This document shows, in pieces, positions 44,100-56,600 of a stretch of DNA of 64,000 nt. Within the stretch, counting starts at the first letter, position 1. Each line of letters opens with the position of its first letter. Origin of the DNA: an uncultured Methanosarcinaceae archaeon (GTDB taxonomy: Archaea > Halobacteriota > Methanosarcinia > Methanosarcinales > Methanosarcinaceae). The translations under genes and the position numbers were made by a program. The stretch lies in contig CAWJYV010000007.1 in the NCBI GenBank assembly GCA_963847185.1, positions 160,001 through 224,000 of the forward strand, read 5' to 3'. Below the pieces are notes generated by a model. The model was given only the letters and a program-made list of their open reading frames with translations, searched no databases and was not told the DNA's origin.

Positions 44100-45575
44100 T
44101 TAATTTTTGTAAATAATTCTATATTCATCGAGGTGTTCCCTTGCAAGTTCACGTTTTTCCTGATGATCTTTGAGGAACTCATACATTTTTTCTGCTGCAA
44201 GCTGTTTACATGAGCCGCACATTCTGGTTCCGCAGACACACTCCTCTCTGATTTCCAGCAGTTCTTCATCGTCTTCTATCAGGTGGAAAAGCATTAGTTC
44301 AAAGACAGAGCATTCATCAGGTTTTCCACCCAGTTTTTTCTGTTCCTCAAGGGTCACACAGCCTCCTGTCTTTGCTCTCTTCACCTTTTTTGCCCCTTCT
44401 TTCGGGTCATCCGTAAGAGCAATATGACTGTCAGGAATGCTGCTTGACATTTTTCCTCCCTGCAGCCCGCTCATGAAGCGATGATACGTAGACGCAGGGG
44501 GAATGAAAGCATAGCCTCCGAACTCAGTTGTGACTTCTGCCACAACTTCTTCAAGGATTTTCCTTGTTGTTTTCCAGATTTTTCTAAAAACGAAGTATTT
44601 TTCATACTCAGAAAATTCAGGTGGCTTAGCTCCATTAGCAAATTTAGCGATTTCCTGAATCTGGGTCATGAAGTATTCCCTTTTCTCAGGCTGGCTTATT
44701 TGTAAACCAAACCTTTCAAGGAATGCATAGTCAGGGGTCTGGAGTACATCAATGTGCTCTTCATAGAGCTTTACTTTCCCAGGAATGCGCTTTTTGAGTT
44801 CCTGCAAAGCTTCCTTTGGAGCCCCTTTTCCGCGAATGCTGAGGTACTTTCCGCCGTTTGCTGTTTCTCTCTCCTCGATCCTGAACATGTTCATTTTGCC
44901 TGCAAGTCCCCGTGTCAGCCGAAGGTGAGGGTCCTGGTCAGGGCCTACAGGAACTACAACAGGTTTTGGACCTCCGAATTCTTCTAACTGGGGCTGGAGG
45001 ATATCTGCAGCCTGAGTTGCCACGCTGAGCATATGGGAAAGGTTTGTTTCTCCTGAAAAACCGTATATGGCGCTCAGTTCTGAGAAATTGACCTTAGCTC
45101 CGAGTTCAAATGCCAGATCTTTTACGCTTCCGCACCCTGACTGGAAGTAAATAAGGCCATCTGGCTTAAAACCAAGGGCAATAAGGCTTAAAATATACTC
45201 TTCTACTCCTATTTCTCTGCACTTCTGCCAGGAAAAACCGCGTACTGAAAATGCTTCTCTGTCCGCAATCCCAACAAAGGCGGAAGCTCCTCTTTCCTGG
45301 TGCCAGATAATCTGGTCCATAACCATTTTGTGTCCAAGGTGAACTCTTCCGGAGGGCATGAACCCGTCCATAACCGAAAAAGGGGCACCTGTCCTCATCG
45401 CCTCTGCAATCTGTTCGTAATCACGGTGCCCGAAGATAACTCTTCTCCGCATGTACATATGCGGGGATGGGATTTCAGGAAGCAAATTATCGAAAGGAGA
45501 AATCCCGAATTCTTCGAATAACTTAGAATAGTCAGTAATGTCGCTTGAACTCCATGGGTCAAGTTTATTAGTCAT
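44100..45575 (-). CDS. trpS: Tryptophanyl-tRNA synthetase
   Basis: [23 protein letters not shown]. Confidence 0.96.
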   Translation of the reverse strand: MTNKLDPWSSSDITDYSKLFEEFGISPFDNLLPEIPSPHMYMRRRVIFGHRDYEQIAEAMRTGAPFSVMDGFMPSGRVHLGHKMVMDQIIWHQERGASAFVGIADREAFSVRGFSWQKCREIGVEEYILSLIALGFKPDGLIYFQSGCGSVKDLAFELGAKVNFSELSAIYGFSGETNLSHMLSVATQAADILQPQLEEFGGPKPVVVPVGPDQDPHLRLTRGLAGKMNMFRIEERETANGGKYLSIRGKGAPKEALQELKKRIPGKVKLYEEHIDVLQTPDYAFLERFGLQISQPEKREYFMTQIQEIAKFANGAKPPEFSEYEKYFVFRKIWKTTRKILEEVVAEVTTEFGGYAFIPPASTYHRFMSGLQGGKMSSSIPDSHIALTDDPKEGAKKVKRAKTGGCVTLEEQKKLGGKPDECSVFELMLFHLIEDDEELLEIREECVCGTRMCGSCKQLAAEKMYEFLKDHQEKRELAREHLDEYRIIYKN

Positions 45576-45960
45576 AAAGTCCCTCGTTGGCCGCCGATTT
45601 TCTGGGGAAAAGCCTCAGGCAGGCAGCTTTCTCTTGCTGAAAATAAAAAGCTAATAACGTTACTCCAGCTAAATCTCTCTTTAAAAATACCTGCTCATAT
45701 GTAAATGTTTATCCTTGGGCGGTCAGTTCCAGAAATTTGCTTTCACTTTATTCTTTTTGATTTACCTTATGCTCTTTTATTGACTGTTTTCTTTTATCTT
45801 CTTTATCCTGCAGGTTATCTGGCAGATCCTGCTGAATATAAGATAAGGAAAAAGGAACAGGCAAAAGTAACGACAAAAATACTGAAAAGAGATAGCTATA
45901 AAACCAGCTCTCAAAAAATGTATAATTTCCTGAAAATCATTCTTTAAAAAGATTATAAGG

Positions 45961-47181
45961 TTATTTCCTGTAAACCTTTTCAAAAGTATAAGGCAATTTC
46001 GCTCCTTCCGGGATTCTGTCAATGAATTCCAGAAACTCAGGGTCATGCATTGGAGTCAGGTTTTTCTGCTTCTGGAAATAAGGATAATTCCTGATTTTCT
46101 GCCAGAGTTCTTTCAATGGCTCATTTTTTACATTCCCAAAACTGAAAGGAGGGTAAGGACTGGGCTTCACGTCGCCGTCTGCTGTTACGTGCATCCAGCG
46201 CCTGCCTGCCATTGCGCCCATCATCTGTCCTTCAAAATAAGTGTTAGAAAACATTCGAGGACCTTCAGGATTTGAATTTATTCTGTGATACATTTCCAGA
46301 ATAGTTTTTCTGTTCTCATCAGTAATTGCAGGCTCATTTCTATTTTTAGGCATGGCTTCCCAGACTGAAAACTCCTGAACCCCAAGTTCCGATGCAAGGG
46401 CGTAAAGGGCTGGAAGCTCCTGTATGTTTGAAGAAGATGTATGGGTTGTCATTACTACCAGGAGTCCTGCTTCAAGGGCCAGTTTTATTGCAGATACAGC
46501 TCTTTCGTAAGCTCCTTTGGACTTTCTTATGGCATCATGTTTTTCAGGATTTGTTGAATAAATGCCTACCATCAGGGAATAAAGCCCTGCTTCTTTGAGG
46601 CGGAGGGCAGTTTCTTTTGAAAAATTCGTGCCCCATGTGGAGCAGTTCACTATGGCCTGTTTTTTGTCCACATAACTGATAAGTTCGAAAACCTCTTCCC
46701 TCAGAAGAGGGTCATTTTCGGTAAATGTGATAATGAAAGAACCAAGTTCAAGGGCTTCATCTATTATTCTTTTTATAGTGCGTGAATCCAGTTCGTCTGC
46801 AACTGTTCCTGGAGGATATCTTGAACTGTTCTGGCGGGTAAGCTCAATAGATACGGTTTCTGGAATATATTTTCCCAGAGCGATTTGAATTTCTGCAAAA
46901 ATCAGCCGTTTTAATACAGGACCAGGTATTGGAGGAAGCCAGGCCGAGGCAATGACTCTATCTTCCAGTACAAGAGCTGGCTTTTCTTCCTGCAGGCGGG
47001 AGTTAATCTTTTTAAGGATGGGGCTGCAAGCTGCTTTTAGAGTCCCGCTTGCTGTAAGTTCCAGGTTCTCCCCTTTATGCCGAAGGCTCACTGATATTCC
47101 GGGCATGGAAAGGACTTCTATATTTTTATCCTTTAATATGGATTTTGGGGGATTTGCTTTTTCAGAAGTCATTTTTCTCAC
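45961..47181 (-). CDS. Radical SAM/SPASM-like protein lacking cluster-binding cysteines
   Basis: Radical-SAM architecture (SIELT, EL..IKRIIDEA.ELG, DPLLR, HDAIR..GAYE, AGRR..V..DGDVKP, FGNV..L.ELW) but no CxxxCxxC. Confidence 0.75.
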   Translation of the reverse strand: MRKMTSEKANPPKSILKDKNIEVLSMPGISVSLRHKGENLELTASGTLKAACSPILKKINSRLQEEKPALVLEDRVIASAWLPPIPGPVLKRLIFAEIQIALGKYIPETVSIELTRQNSSRYPPGTVADELDSRTIKRIIDEALELGSFIITFTENDPLLREEVFELISYVDKKQAIVNCSTWGTNFSKETALRLKEAGLYSLMVGIYSTNPEKHDAIRKSKGAYERAVSAIKLALEAGLLVVMTTHTSSSNIQELPALYALASELGVQEFSVWEAMPKNRNEPAITDENRKTILEMYHRINSNPEGPRMFSNTYFEGQMMGAMAGRRWMHVTADGDVKPSPYPPFSFGNVKNEPLKELWQKIRNYPYFQKQKNLTPMHDPEFLEFIDRIPEGAKLPYTFEKVYRK

Positions 47182-47440
47182 ACTTTCCTGACTTTATTGT
47201 TGTGCTTAGCTGGCAGATGTTTTGAATCACTAATAGATTTTTCGGCGGCTGAACTCAGGAAATTTTCGAATTAAAAAAATCGTCTAAAGAAAGTCGTCTA
47301 AAGAACATCTAAAATTTTAAAAATAGGAAATATCGAATGTAAATTCTTAAAATAAGACTTAAAAGACTTAAGCTGTCCGGGCACGAGAACTGAATAGAGA
47401 AGTAGTCGGCCTGGACTGCCTTAATGAAAAAAGCTTAACC

Positions 47441-48052
47441 TCAGGCTGCTCTCTCTGAGAAGGCGAGGTTTCCACTGATTTTCTTTATTTTTACTTTGAC
47501 CACGTCGCCTTTTGAGGCTCCGGGCACGAAAACCGTATACTTATCAATCTTAGCTATCCCGTCACCTTTGGATCCTACGGCATCAATCCGGAGTTCGTAA
47601 ATTCCTCCTTCTTCGATGGCGTCCCTGACAACCACATTGCTTACCTTTCTCTTTTTGACAGGTCTGTGAGCTCCGCAAGCAGAACATTTCAGGACAAGTA
47701 CCCTCTCTACCCTTACAAGCTGGGTGTCAGGGCGTTTGCATTCCGAACACATGACGTATTCGTCCACATAGGCCTGAATGTTATCAGTAATCTGAGCTCT
47801 CGTAAACCTTCCCTGGAAGACTGCGCGTGTACCTTCTATCTTCCCTGCAGTCCCCAGTTCCCTGGTGAGATACTTCATCAGGTGGTCAGGGTCCCGGTTA
47901 AGGATATCTGCAATATTTCCGAAGTTATCCAGAATTGTGGTTTTACCTTCGGAAAAGAGTCTTGGCTCAGGGATTACGAATCGAGCATCCGTAGTCTCAG
48001 TGTCAGGCATCTTTGCCATTGCACGGTTCAAAAGCTCTTCGTAATCGTACAT
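47441..48052 (-). CDS. eif2b: Translation initiation factor 2 beta subunit with C-terminal TRAM domain
   Basis: [40 protein letters not shown]. Confidence 0.95.
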   Translation of the reverse strand: MYDYEELLNRAMAKMPDTETTDARFVIPEPRLFSEGKTTILDNFGNIADILNRDPDHLMKYLTRELGTAGKIEGTRAVFQGRFTRAQITDNIQAYVDEYVMCSECKRPDTQLVRVERVLVLKCSACGAHRPVKKRKVSNVVVRDAIEEGGIYELRIDAVGSKGDGIAKIDKYTVFVPGASKGDVVKVKIKKISGNLAFSERAA

Positions 48053-48099
48053 ATTATGCTCCTTTTGATCTTAACAGTTTAACTGGTTATTGTAACTGG

Positions 48100-48720
<621 letters not shown>

Positions 48721-48917
48721 TTAGCAAACCATTCAGTATGAGATATGTGCATATAGAGATACCTGCCTGTATTTACATTTATCTGTAAACCTGCCCTGTG
48801 GGCTTAAGCAGGCAGCTTCTGCATTTCCGGGTACATTGGCATGGTTTTCCGGAATTGAATTTTTATAACCCCTGAAAATTTATATATTCTGGGCTTAAGT
48901 GACTTACTTCCTACTAC

Positions 48918-50039
48918 TTAGTGGTTTATAAGTTTTATTGATGGTTCCGGGTACTTCTCAAAAAATCCTGCGAGTAGCCCAAAACAGCCTGAAAGCATCA
49001 TGCTCCCGAAAGGTGCGGCAAAATGAAGCTTTTTAAAGATCTCCTGCCTGACCTCCGAATCCTGAACTTTTTCAAGCATTTCTCTTTTCGGCCCTGTGAC
49101 CATTATAGAGCGAATTTGTTCAAATCCAGGAGCTTCCTTTATATACGCACCGTGCCCGTCATCATCAAAGACTTCTTCAAAACCAAGCTTCCCATCGGCA
49201 AGCCTTGTAATATAATCCTGAAGTTTTTCGGCGTTCATAAGGAAACTGTGGTGCTCAAAAACTGCCGTAATCCTGTTTTCATTTACAATAGCTCCCAGAG
49301 TATGCCCGTTTCCAATATTAACCACCACAGAAGGCTGTACGGCTGCAGGATCAGTAAGAGCCCCAAAGATGGCTGCAGGTCCTGTATCCATGAAAACTGC
49401 CTTTATTTTCGGATTCCCGGTAGTTTTGAGAAGGGAGTCTGCCTGGGCTTTCATTCTGGTAAAAGCCTCAGGGATTTCTTCAGGCCTGTATACAAAGTTT
49501 TCAAGCTCTCCTCCCTTTTCAATGAGTTCTCTAAGCAGCTCAAAACGGTAAACCCTATTACTCTTCTCAGGAGCGTTCCCATGGTCCTGTACCGCCACAG
49601 CATAGTTTGTCGGCATCTGAACCTCAAAGACCGAAAATGCAGACAAAATTGATTCCGGATCGAAGTCCTGCATAACAATTTCCAGCGTATTTTCCTCAGA
49701 TGCAAGCTTTTTTGCTTCCTCTTCGGAGACAATTTGAATCCCGAAAGCCTTAACTTTTTCAATGTTATCATTGATAGTCAGAGCAGCCTTTTCTGTCGCA
49801 TAAACAGGAAATCCTGCCTTTATATGGTCCCTTATAGCAAATGCTGAAGGCCCTCCCCCCATTATGTTTCCGGTAAGCACTATTGTCTTTCCCTTTTTGG
49901 TCGCCTTCCGCACCTTTTTCGCAATGATCTGGGTAGGGGCAGGCATGACCATAAGCAGGCTGTTTTCCACTTCTTTTTTCGAATTAAAAAGCAGAATGTC
50001 CTGTGTGCCTGTTCCTACATCCGCTGCAAGTATAAGCAT
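48918..50039 (-). CDS. DUF1786-family (ASKHA-like) protein
   Basis: DVGTGTQDIL, MGGGP, AVQDHG, MDTGPAA, NIGNGHT, FEHH. Confidence 0.8.
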   Translation of the reverse strand: MLILAADVGTGTQDILLFNSKKEVENSLLMVMPAPTQIIAKKVRKATKKGKTIVLTGNIMGGGPSAFAIRDHIKAGFPVYATEKAALTINDNIEKVKAFGIQIVSEEEAKKLASEENTLEIVMQDFDPESILSAFSVFEVQMPTNYAVAVQDHGNAPEKSNRVYRFELLRELIEKGGELENFVYRPEEIPEAFTRMKAQADSLLKTTGNPKIKAVFMDTGPAAIFGALTDPAAVQPSVVVNIGNGHTLGAIVNENRITAVFEHHSFLMNAEKLQDYITRLADGKLGFEEVFDDDGHGAYIKEAPGFEQIRSIMVTGPKREMLEKVQDSEVRQEIFKKLHFAAPFGSMMLSGCFGLLAGFFEKYPEPSIKLINH

Positions 50040-50151
50040 ACTTGAGCATTGGCTGATAAGTTATTAAAATATAGGGCGGAAAGTAAAAGTAAAAAAGAAG
50101 CTAGATAACAGGAAACTGAATAAAAGGAACAAAAATGGAGAGCGTTGTTTC

Positions 50152-50691
50152 ATGAAAGAATCCACACCTGAAATTCACAAAAAAGAAGCTAAAAAATCCT
50201 TTTCTTTTGCCTTAATTACAATTTCTACCTCAAGATATGAAAAATACGGAAATTCTGCCTCGCCTGAAGAAGCTGAAGACCTTTCAGGAAAAGCCATGAA
50301 GGATCTTCTTGAAGCCGCTGGCCATAAAGTTTCTTTCTACAGGCTGGTTTCCGATGAAAAGACCTCAATTACAGAGGCAGTTTTTGCCGCCCTGGAAAGT
50401 TCTGCAGATATCGTAGTTACAAGCGGGGGTACGGGACTTGCCCCAAAAGACGTCACAATCGAGTCTATAACTCCAATTTTTGAAAAAGAAATTCCAGGCT
50501 TTGGAGAACTTTTCAGGTACAAAAGCCTTGAAGAAATAGGAACATCGGTAATCCTTACCAGAGCTTCAGCAGGCGTGATTAAAGGAAAAGCGGTATTCTG
50601 TCTCCCAGGTTCTCCGAATGCAGTAAAACTGGCTCTTTCCAAAATTATCATTCCCGAAGCCGGCCATATTGTCAGGCATGTGAGGGAATAA
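50152..50691 (+). CDS. moaB: Molybdopterin biosynthesis protein MoaB/MogA
   Basis: DLSG, TSGGTG..DVT, PGFGE, LTRA, LPGSP. Confidence 0.92.
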   Translation: MKESTPEIHKKEAKKSFSFALITISTSRYEKYGNSASPEEAEDLSGKAMKDLLEAAGHKVSFYRLVSDEKTSITEAVFAALESSADIVVTSGGTGLAPKDVTIESITPIFEKEIPGFGELFRYKSLEEIGTSVILTRASAGVIKGKAVFCLPGSPNAVKLALSKIIIPEAGHIVRHVRE

Positions 50692-50909
50692 ACCTGAAGC
50701 TGGTAAGTATACAGGGAAATATTTCAAAGGGGACAGTGAAGAACTGAATGGGCTTATTTTTCTCAAAACCTTTGTTTGTTCGTGGTTTTAAATCCCAGTC
50801 CCTATCACCGTTCGCCATGCGAACGGCTTTCCCATAACGTAAATTCAAAAACCAATATCTTCATACCGTATCATATGAATGCAAGTGATAACATACTGTG
50901 AAGTAAATT

Positions 50910-53401
50910 TCACTTTTGTTCCATTTTAGCCTTAAGAGCCTGAATATTTTTTTCAGTTGCCTTGAAAAGTGGATGATCAGAACCAAGTTTACTCTCAAAT
51001 ATCTTCAGGGCCCTCTCAATCAAAGGTAAGGCTTCTTGATATCTTTCAGTACAATAATAAAGTGCTGAGAGATTGTTTAGAGTTGTTGCAACTTCTGGGT
51101 GTTCCATCCCCAGCACCTTTTCACGAATTTCAAGTGCCCTTTTACATAGTGGAAATGCTTTTTCGTAATCTATCATGCTTTCATATAGTAATGCGAGATT
51201 GTTTAGTGTTGTTGCAACTTCTGGGTGTCTTGGCCCCAAGACCTTTTCACGAATTTCAAGTGCTCTTTCATAAAGTGGTAGTGCTTTTTCGTGATTCCCC
51301 ATACTTTTATAGAGTAATGCAAGATTGTTTAGTATTGTTGCAACATCTGGGTGTTTTGGACGAACACCTTTTCACGAATTTCAAGTGCCCTTTCATAAAG
51401 TGGTAGTGCCTTTTCGTACTCCTCCATTTGACGATAGAGTTCTGCGAGACTGTTTAGTGTTATTGCAACATCTGGGTGTTTTGGACCGAACATCTTCTCA
51501 CGAATTTCAAGTGCCTTTTTATTAAGAGGTAATGCTTTTTCGTACTCCCCCATACTTTTATAGAGTCCTGCGAGATTGTTTAGTGTTGTTGCAACGAATG
51601 GGTGTTCAGGTCCCAGCACTTTTTCATAAATGTTAAGTGCTCTTTTATAAAGTGGGAGTGTTTTTTCGTACTCTCCCATACTTTTATAGAGTAGTGCGAG
51701 ATCGTTTAGTGTTGTTGCAACATTTGGGTGTTCAGGTCCCAGCACCTTTTCATGAATGTCAAGTGCCTTTTTATAAAGAGGTAATGCTTTTTCGTACTCT
51801 CCCAAATTTTCATAGAGTCCTGCTAGATTGTTTAGTGTTGTTGCAACATCTGGGTGTTCATGCCCGAGTTTTGTTTCCAGAATTTGAAGCATTTCTTCAT
51901 GTATTGGGGTAATTAATTGCCAGAATGCCGCTCTGTAGAACGGATCAGATACAGAAATAAACCAATTGAGCAGATCTTCTGCTTCAAGTGCCTCTTTTGA
52001 ATGGTAGAAGGCTTCGGTAAGGGCTAATTCGTGTTCAGAAGTAATTGTCCTAATATCTATGTCCTCAAGTTTATTAGTATAATAATCACTAATGGCTTTA
52101 TGAATTTTTTTTACTGAATCTGGTCTTTTCTTTTCCTGAGTTTTTTGAAGAGATTCCTGCATCAACTGGTGCATCTGATATCTGTTGTTTTCGGCTTTGC
52201 TAATAAAAGAAAAACTGCAGAGTTCTTCGTAATTAGTTGTGGGATATCCTGTGTTGAACTCTTTTACTAGATATTCAAATAGGTCATAATCCCAGAAATG
52301 GGGAATAGAAAGGACATTCAATGCGCTCTTTTCTTCAGGACTTAAAAATTTAAAGAATCTATCTGTGATTTTTTGATGTGTATCTCCAAAGTCTTCAGGT
52401 TTTGGCTTCCTAGTTTCCATAACCCCTTCATAGATGTAGACAGATAGTTCCAGATAATATGGAACGCCTTTACTCCCTTTAAATATGGCTTCCTGTATAT
52501 CTTTATCATAAATTTTTTGGCTTTCAAGATATTTTATACAGAAATCTTCCGACAGTTCTTCTACCTTATACTGGGTAAAGTATTCACTCCATCCGCAGTC
52601 TATTTCTTCCCACTTAAGAGCTTCTTTGCCGCAAATAACCCACAGTACTTTTCTTGGCAGCCGGGGGATTAGCTCTTCTCGTATCCATTCATCTCGGGAA
52701 TGGCCGTCACTTCTATGGTTTTCCCACAGGGCTTCGTATGTGTCTATAAATAAAACCGCAGATTTTGAAGCGTGTTCCAGATAATTATTGAGGTCCTGTG
52801 CCCAGAAATAGGGAAGAGTCTCTTCAATTTCCAATGCTTCTTTTTCTGAAAGATGTAAAAGCTCCTCTTCTCCATTCACCCACCATTTTCTAAAATAGTC
52901 AGGAAGATTTTTTAATAATCTTGCAGTAGCAGGCACGATACTAAAATAAGGTATTTTCTCGACAACTCCAAAATAGTCATCAAAAGCATTGTCACCTTCA
53001 AAAAACAGGTAGTTATCTTTTCTTAGAGGAATTTCCGGATTTGCCTTTTTCCAGTAAATAGCATGTGCAATTTCAAAAGCAGGGAAGTGTATTTTGTGTT
53101 TCTTTTGTAGCTCATTTTTTAAGCTTACCAAAAAGGTATTTTTCTCTCTGTGTTTTTCTAGGCGGAAGTCTATTGAAGCCCATACAGTTTTACGATATTG
53201 GTATTCTCTGTTGTGTTTTTCCAAGTGCTTTGGAAATTCTTTCCTTAAACTTGTTTTACCAATACCGGCAACCCCATAATACACAAGTATGCTGAATTTT
53301 TTTTGCCCAATATTATATACAGTTTCTTTGAAGTTCTGAATATGACCTTCCCTATCAACAAAAGGTTGTTGTTTAAAGGGATTTTTGGGGGCAATTACCA
53401 T
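50910..53401 (-). pseudogene. P-loop NTPase + TPR protein (STAND-like), split by a 1-nt deletion near 51361
   Basis: FVDRE, Walker A GVAGIGKT, Walker B LFIDTYE, KGVPYYLEL, seven 42-aa TPR repeats. TTC-GT-CCA here versus TTC-GGT-CCA in the previous repeat. Confidence 0.82.
50975..51865 (-). repeat. 126-bp coding tandem repeats (TPR)
   Basis: HP.VATTLNNLA.LY..MGEYEKALPLY.RAL.I.EK.LG x7. Confidence 0.9.
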
Positions 53402-53630
53402 GGAATTCCTCTATAAATGGTCTTGAAATCAGAACATTTTGTTTGTGGAACTATTTTCAACTTGTACTATATTACACTGCTGAAATCTTTCAATTTCAAA
53501 AATCAGACAATGGAGGCTCATTAATAATAAAATCGAAATTTTTCCGGAATACCGATTGTAGAATCAAGGGAACTTTGAAACGGCTTGCTCCATATCATTT
53601 TTAATATATCTTCCTTCTTTATACAAATAT

Positions 53631-56600
53631 ATGATAATTCTTCATGCAGGGAGAGTTGGAAAACAGTTCTTCTTATGGGGTGAAAGCCCGGCTGAAAACG
53701 AAATTCCGGTTGCTCGGCGTGGGAGAAAACCTAAAAATCAGACTGCAAAACCTTATCCTTATGATTCGGGTTTTGAAAACCTTTCTTCTGCCCTTGAGCT
53801 GCTGCTGGGCAGTGCTGGCAGGAAAAAGACGGAGAATATTAACGTCTGGGTCCCGACGATAGGCGGGAATCCGGTTCCTTCCAGCCCTCTGGTTGCTGAA
53901 ATGTCTGCTTCGAAAACAGAGCCTGTACTGGCTCCCTGGACTGTTCGTGCATATCCTCTGGAAGCTGAAGAGGTTCTGGTTCTTCTCTGCGCCTGCATGG
54001 GGAAAAGGGTTCTTGCCCCAGGCATAATCTCGGGAAACGACCTTCTCTGGTGGGCAGATGCCCTGAAATTTGCAGGTTCGCTGGTAACAGGACAGAAATA
54101 TCTGCCTGGCGTCAGGGGTGAAGAAAGGGAGTACAGGGCTTTCTGGGAGCCCGTATTTTCCGGAGAAGATGCAGGAGAGCTGGCAAAACTTGCAAAGCAA
54201 ATGCCTCCTGCTACAAGGGCTCTTTCTCCTGAAGCCTCTGCCATACCGCCGGAAATGCCTGCAGCTTTAGCGGCAAGGCAGTTTATCGAAGATACTCTTG
54301 ACTGGATAGTCCGATCCGAGATAGGGGAAAAAGAGCTTGCGAAAGAGACGCGCAAAAGAAAATCCTTTGATAGCGTCCACGATGCCTGGGTTTCTGCCCT
54401 GAAAAGCCCGGACGGGCTGATCTATGGGGAGGAAAAAGAACTCCTGCAGCTTGAGGCTCGAGCCCGTGAATGGCAGCGCCCCCTCACCATCCTTACTACT
54501 TCCCCTTTCAGGTTCTGTTTCCGGCTGGAAGAACCAGCTGTGGAAGAAGAAACCGAAGAAAATGAAGACGGGGAAAGAGATACTACAAAAAGCAGGGAAG
54601 GAATAGCTGGCATAGAGATTTCGGACGGGCTCTGGTATGTCCGCTACATGCTTCAGTCTTATGAAGATCCAAGTCTTCTGATCCCTGTAAAAGAAGCCTG
54701 GAAGCCAAAAAAAGGCAGCCCGTTGAAAAAGTATGATGTGAAAAACATCCGTCAATTTCTGTTATCTTCCCTCGGGCAGGCTGCAGGTATCAGTGCAGGA
54801 ATTGCTTCCAGTCTTGAGGCTCCCGATCCGTCCGGATATTCCCTTGATACTAAAGAGGCTTATCGCTTCCTGACTGAAAGTGCAGTAAACTTAAGCCAGG
54901 CCGGTTTTGGGCTGCTTCTCCCTGGCTGGTGGACCCGTAAAGGTACAAAAACCCACTTAAAAGCCCAGGCAAAAGTTAAGGGCAAGAAACTGCAGGCAGG
55001 AAACGGGCTTACTCTTGAAGAAATAGTCAGTTTTGACTGGGAAATTGCCCTTGGGGATAGGGTATTAACAGTCAAAGAATTGCAGGCACTTGCAAAGCTC
55101 AAAGCTCCGCTTGTGAAGATCCGCGGGCAGTGGGTAGAGGTAAACGATGCGGAAATCCGCGCTGCTCTTGAGTTCTGGAAGAAGAATCCCCACGGGGAAG
55201 CAAGTCTGCGAGACGTCATAAAGCTGGCTGTTGGCGCTTCTGAAACGGCTGACGGTGTGGACATTGAAGGGCTCAATGCAACTGGCTGGATTGAAGAATT
55301 AATCAGCCGCTTGAAGGATAAAACCGGATTTGAAGAACTCCTGGCCCCCAATGGTTTTTCAGGAACCCTTCGCCCCTACCAGTATCGAGGTTACTCCTGG
55401 CTTGCTTTCCTCAGGCAGTGGGGCATAGGAGCCTGCCTTGCAGACGACATGGGGCTTGGTAAAACCATCCAGACCCTTGCTCTTATCCAGCATGACCTGG
55501 AACAGGTTGAAGAAAAGATTGACAGACGTAAAGATTCAAAACCGATTAAAGCCTCAAAACCGGTTCTTCTGGTCTGTCCTACTTCTGTTATCAATAACTG
55601 GAAAAAAGAGGCTTCCCGCTTTACGCCTGAACTTTCAGTAATGGTTCACCACGGGATCAGCCGGAAAAAAGAAGAGGAATTCAAAAAAGAAGCCATGAGT
55701 CATGCTATTGTTATCTCAAGCTACGGGCTTTTGCAGAGGGATGTTAAGTTTTTAAAAGGGGTTTCCTGGGCCGGAGTGGTACTTGACGAAGCCCAGAATA
55801 TCAAAAATCCGGAAACTAAACAGGCAAAGGCAGCCAGGGCTCTGGAAGCCGATTACCGCATAGCTCTTACAGGAACTCCGGTTGAAAATAATGTTGGTGA
55901 TCTGTGGTCCATTATGGAGTTTTTAAACCCCGGCTTCCTCGGTAACCAGGCAGGTTTCAAGCGAAATTTCTTCATTCCCATTCAGGCCGAAAGAGATCAG
56001 GAAGCTGCAAGGAGGCTAAAAGAAATTACAGGGCCATTCATTCTGCGCCGCTTGAAAACCGATACTTCGATTATATCCGATTTGCCGGAAAAAATGGAGA
56101 TGAAAACCTACTGTACACTGACAAAAGAACAGGCTTCACTCTATGCCGCAGTCCTCGAAGACATTGAAGAAGCAATGGAAGAAGCTGAAGAGGGCATCCA
56201 GAGAAAAGGTATAATCCTATCCGCCCTTACCAGACTAAAACAGGTCTGTAACCACCCTGCACAGTTTTTGAAAGATAATTCCGGAATCCCTGGCAGGTCA
56301 GGAAAACTCGCAATGCTTACTGAAATGCTGGATGTTGTTCTGGAAAATAAGGAAAAAGCTCTTGTTTTTACTCAGTTTTCGGAGATGGGTAGAATGCTAA
56401 AAGAACATCTACAGGCAAGCTTCGGCTCTGAAGTCCTTTTCTTGCATGGTGGAGTTCCCAGGAAGCAGCGAGACAGGATGATTGAGCGTTTTCAGGAAGG
56501 ACAAGAGCACCTCCCTATTTTTGTTCTCTCCCTTAAAGCAGGAGGCACTGGACTTAACCTGACAGGAGCAAACCATGTTTTTCATTTCGACCGCTGGTGG

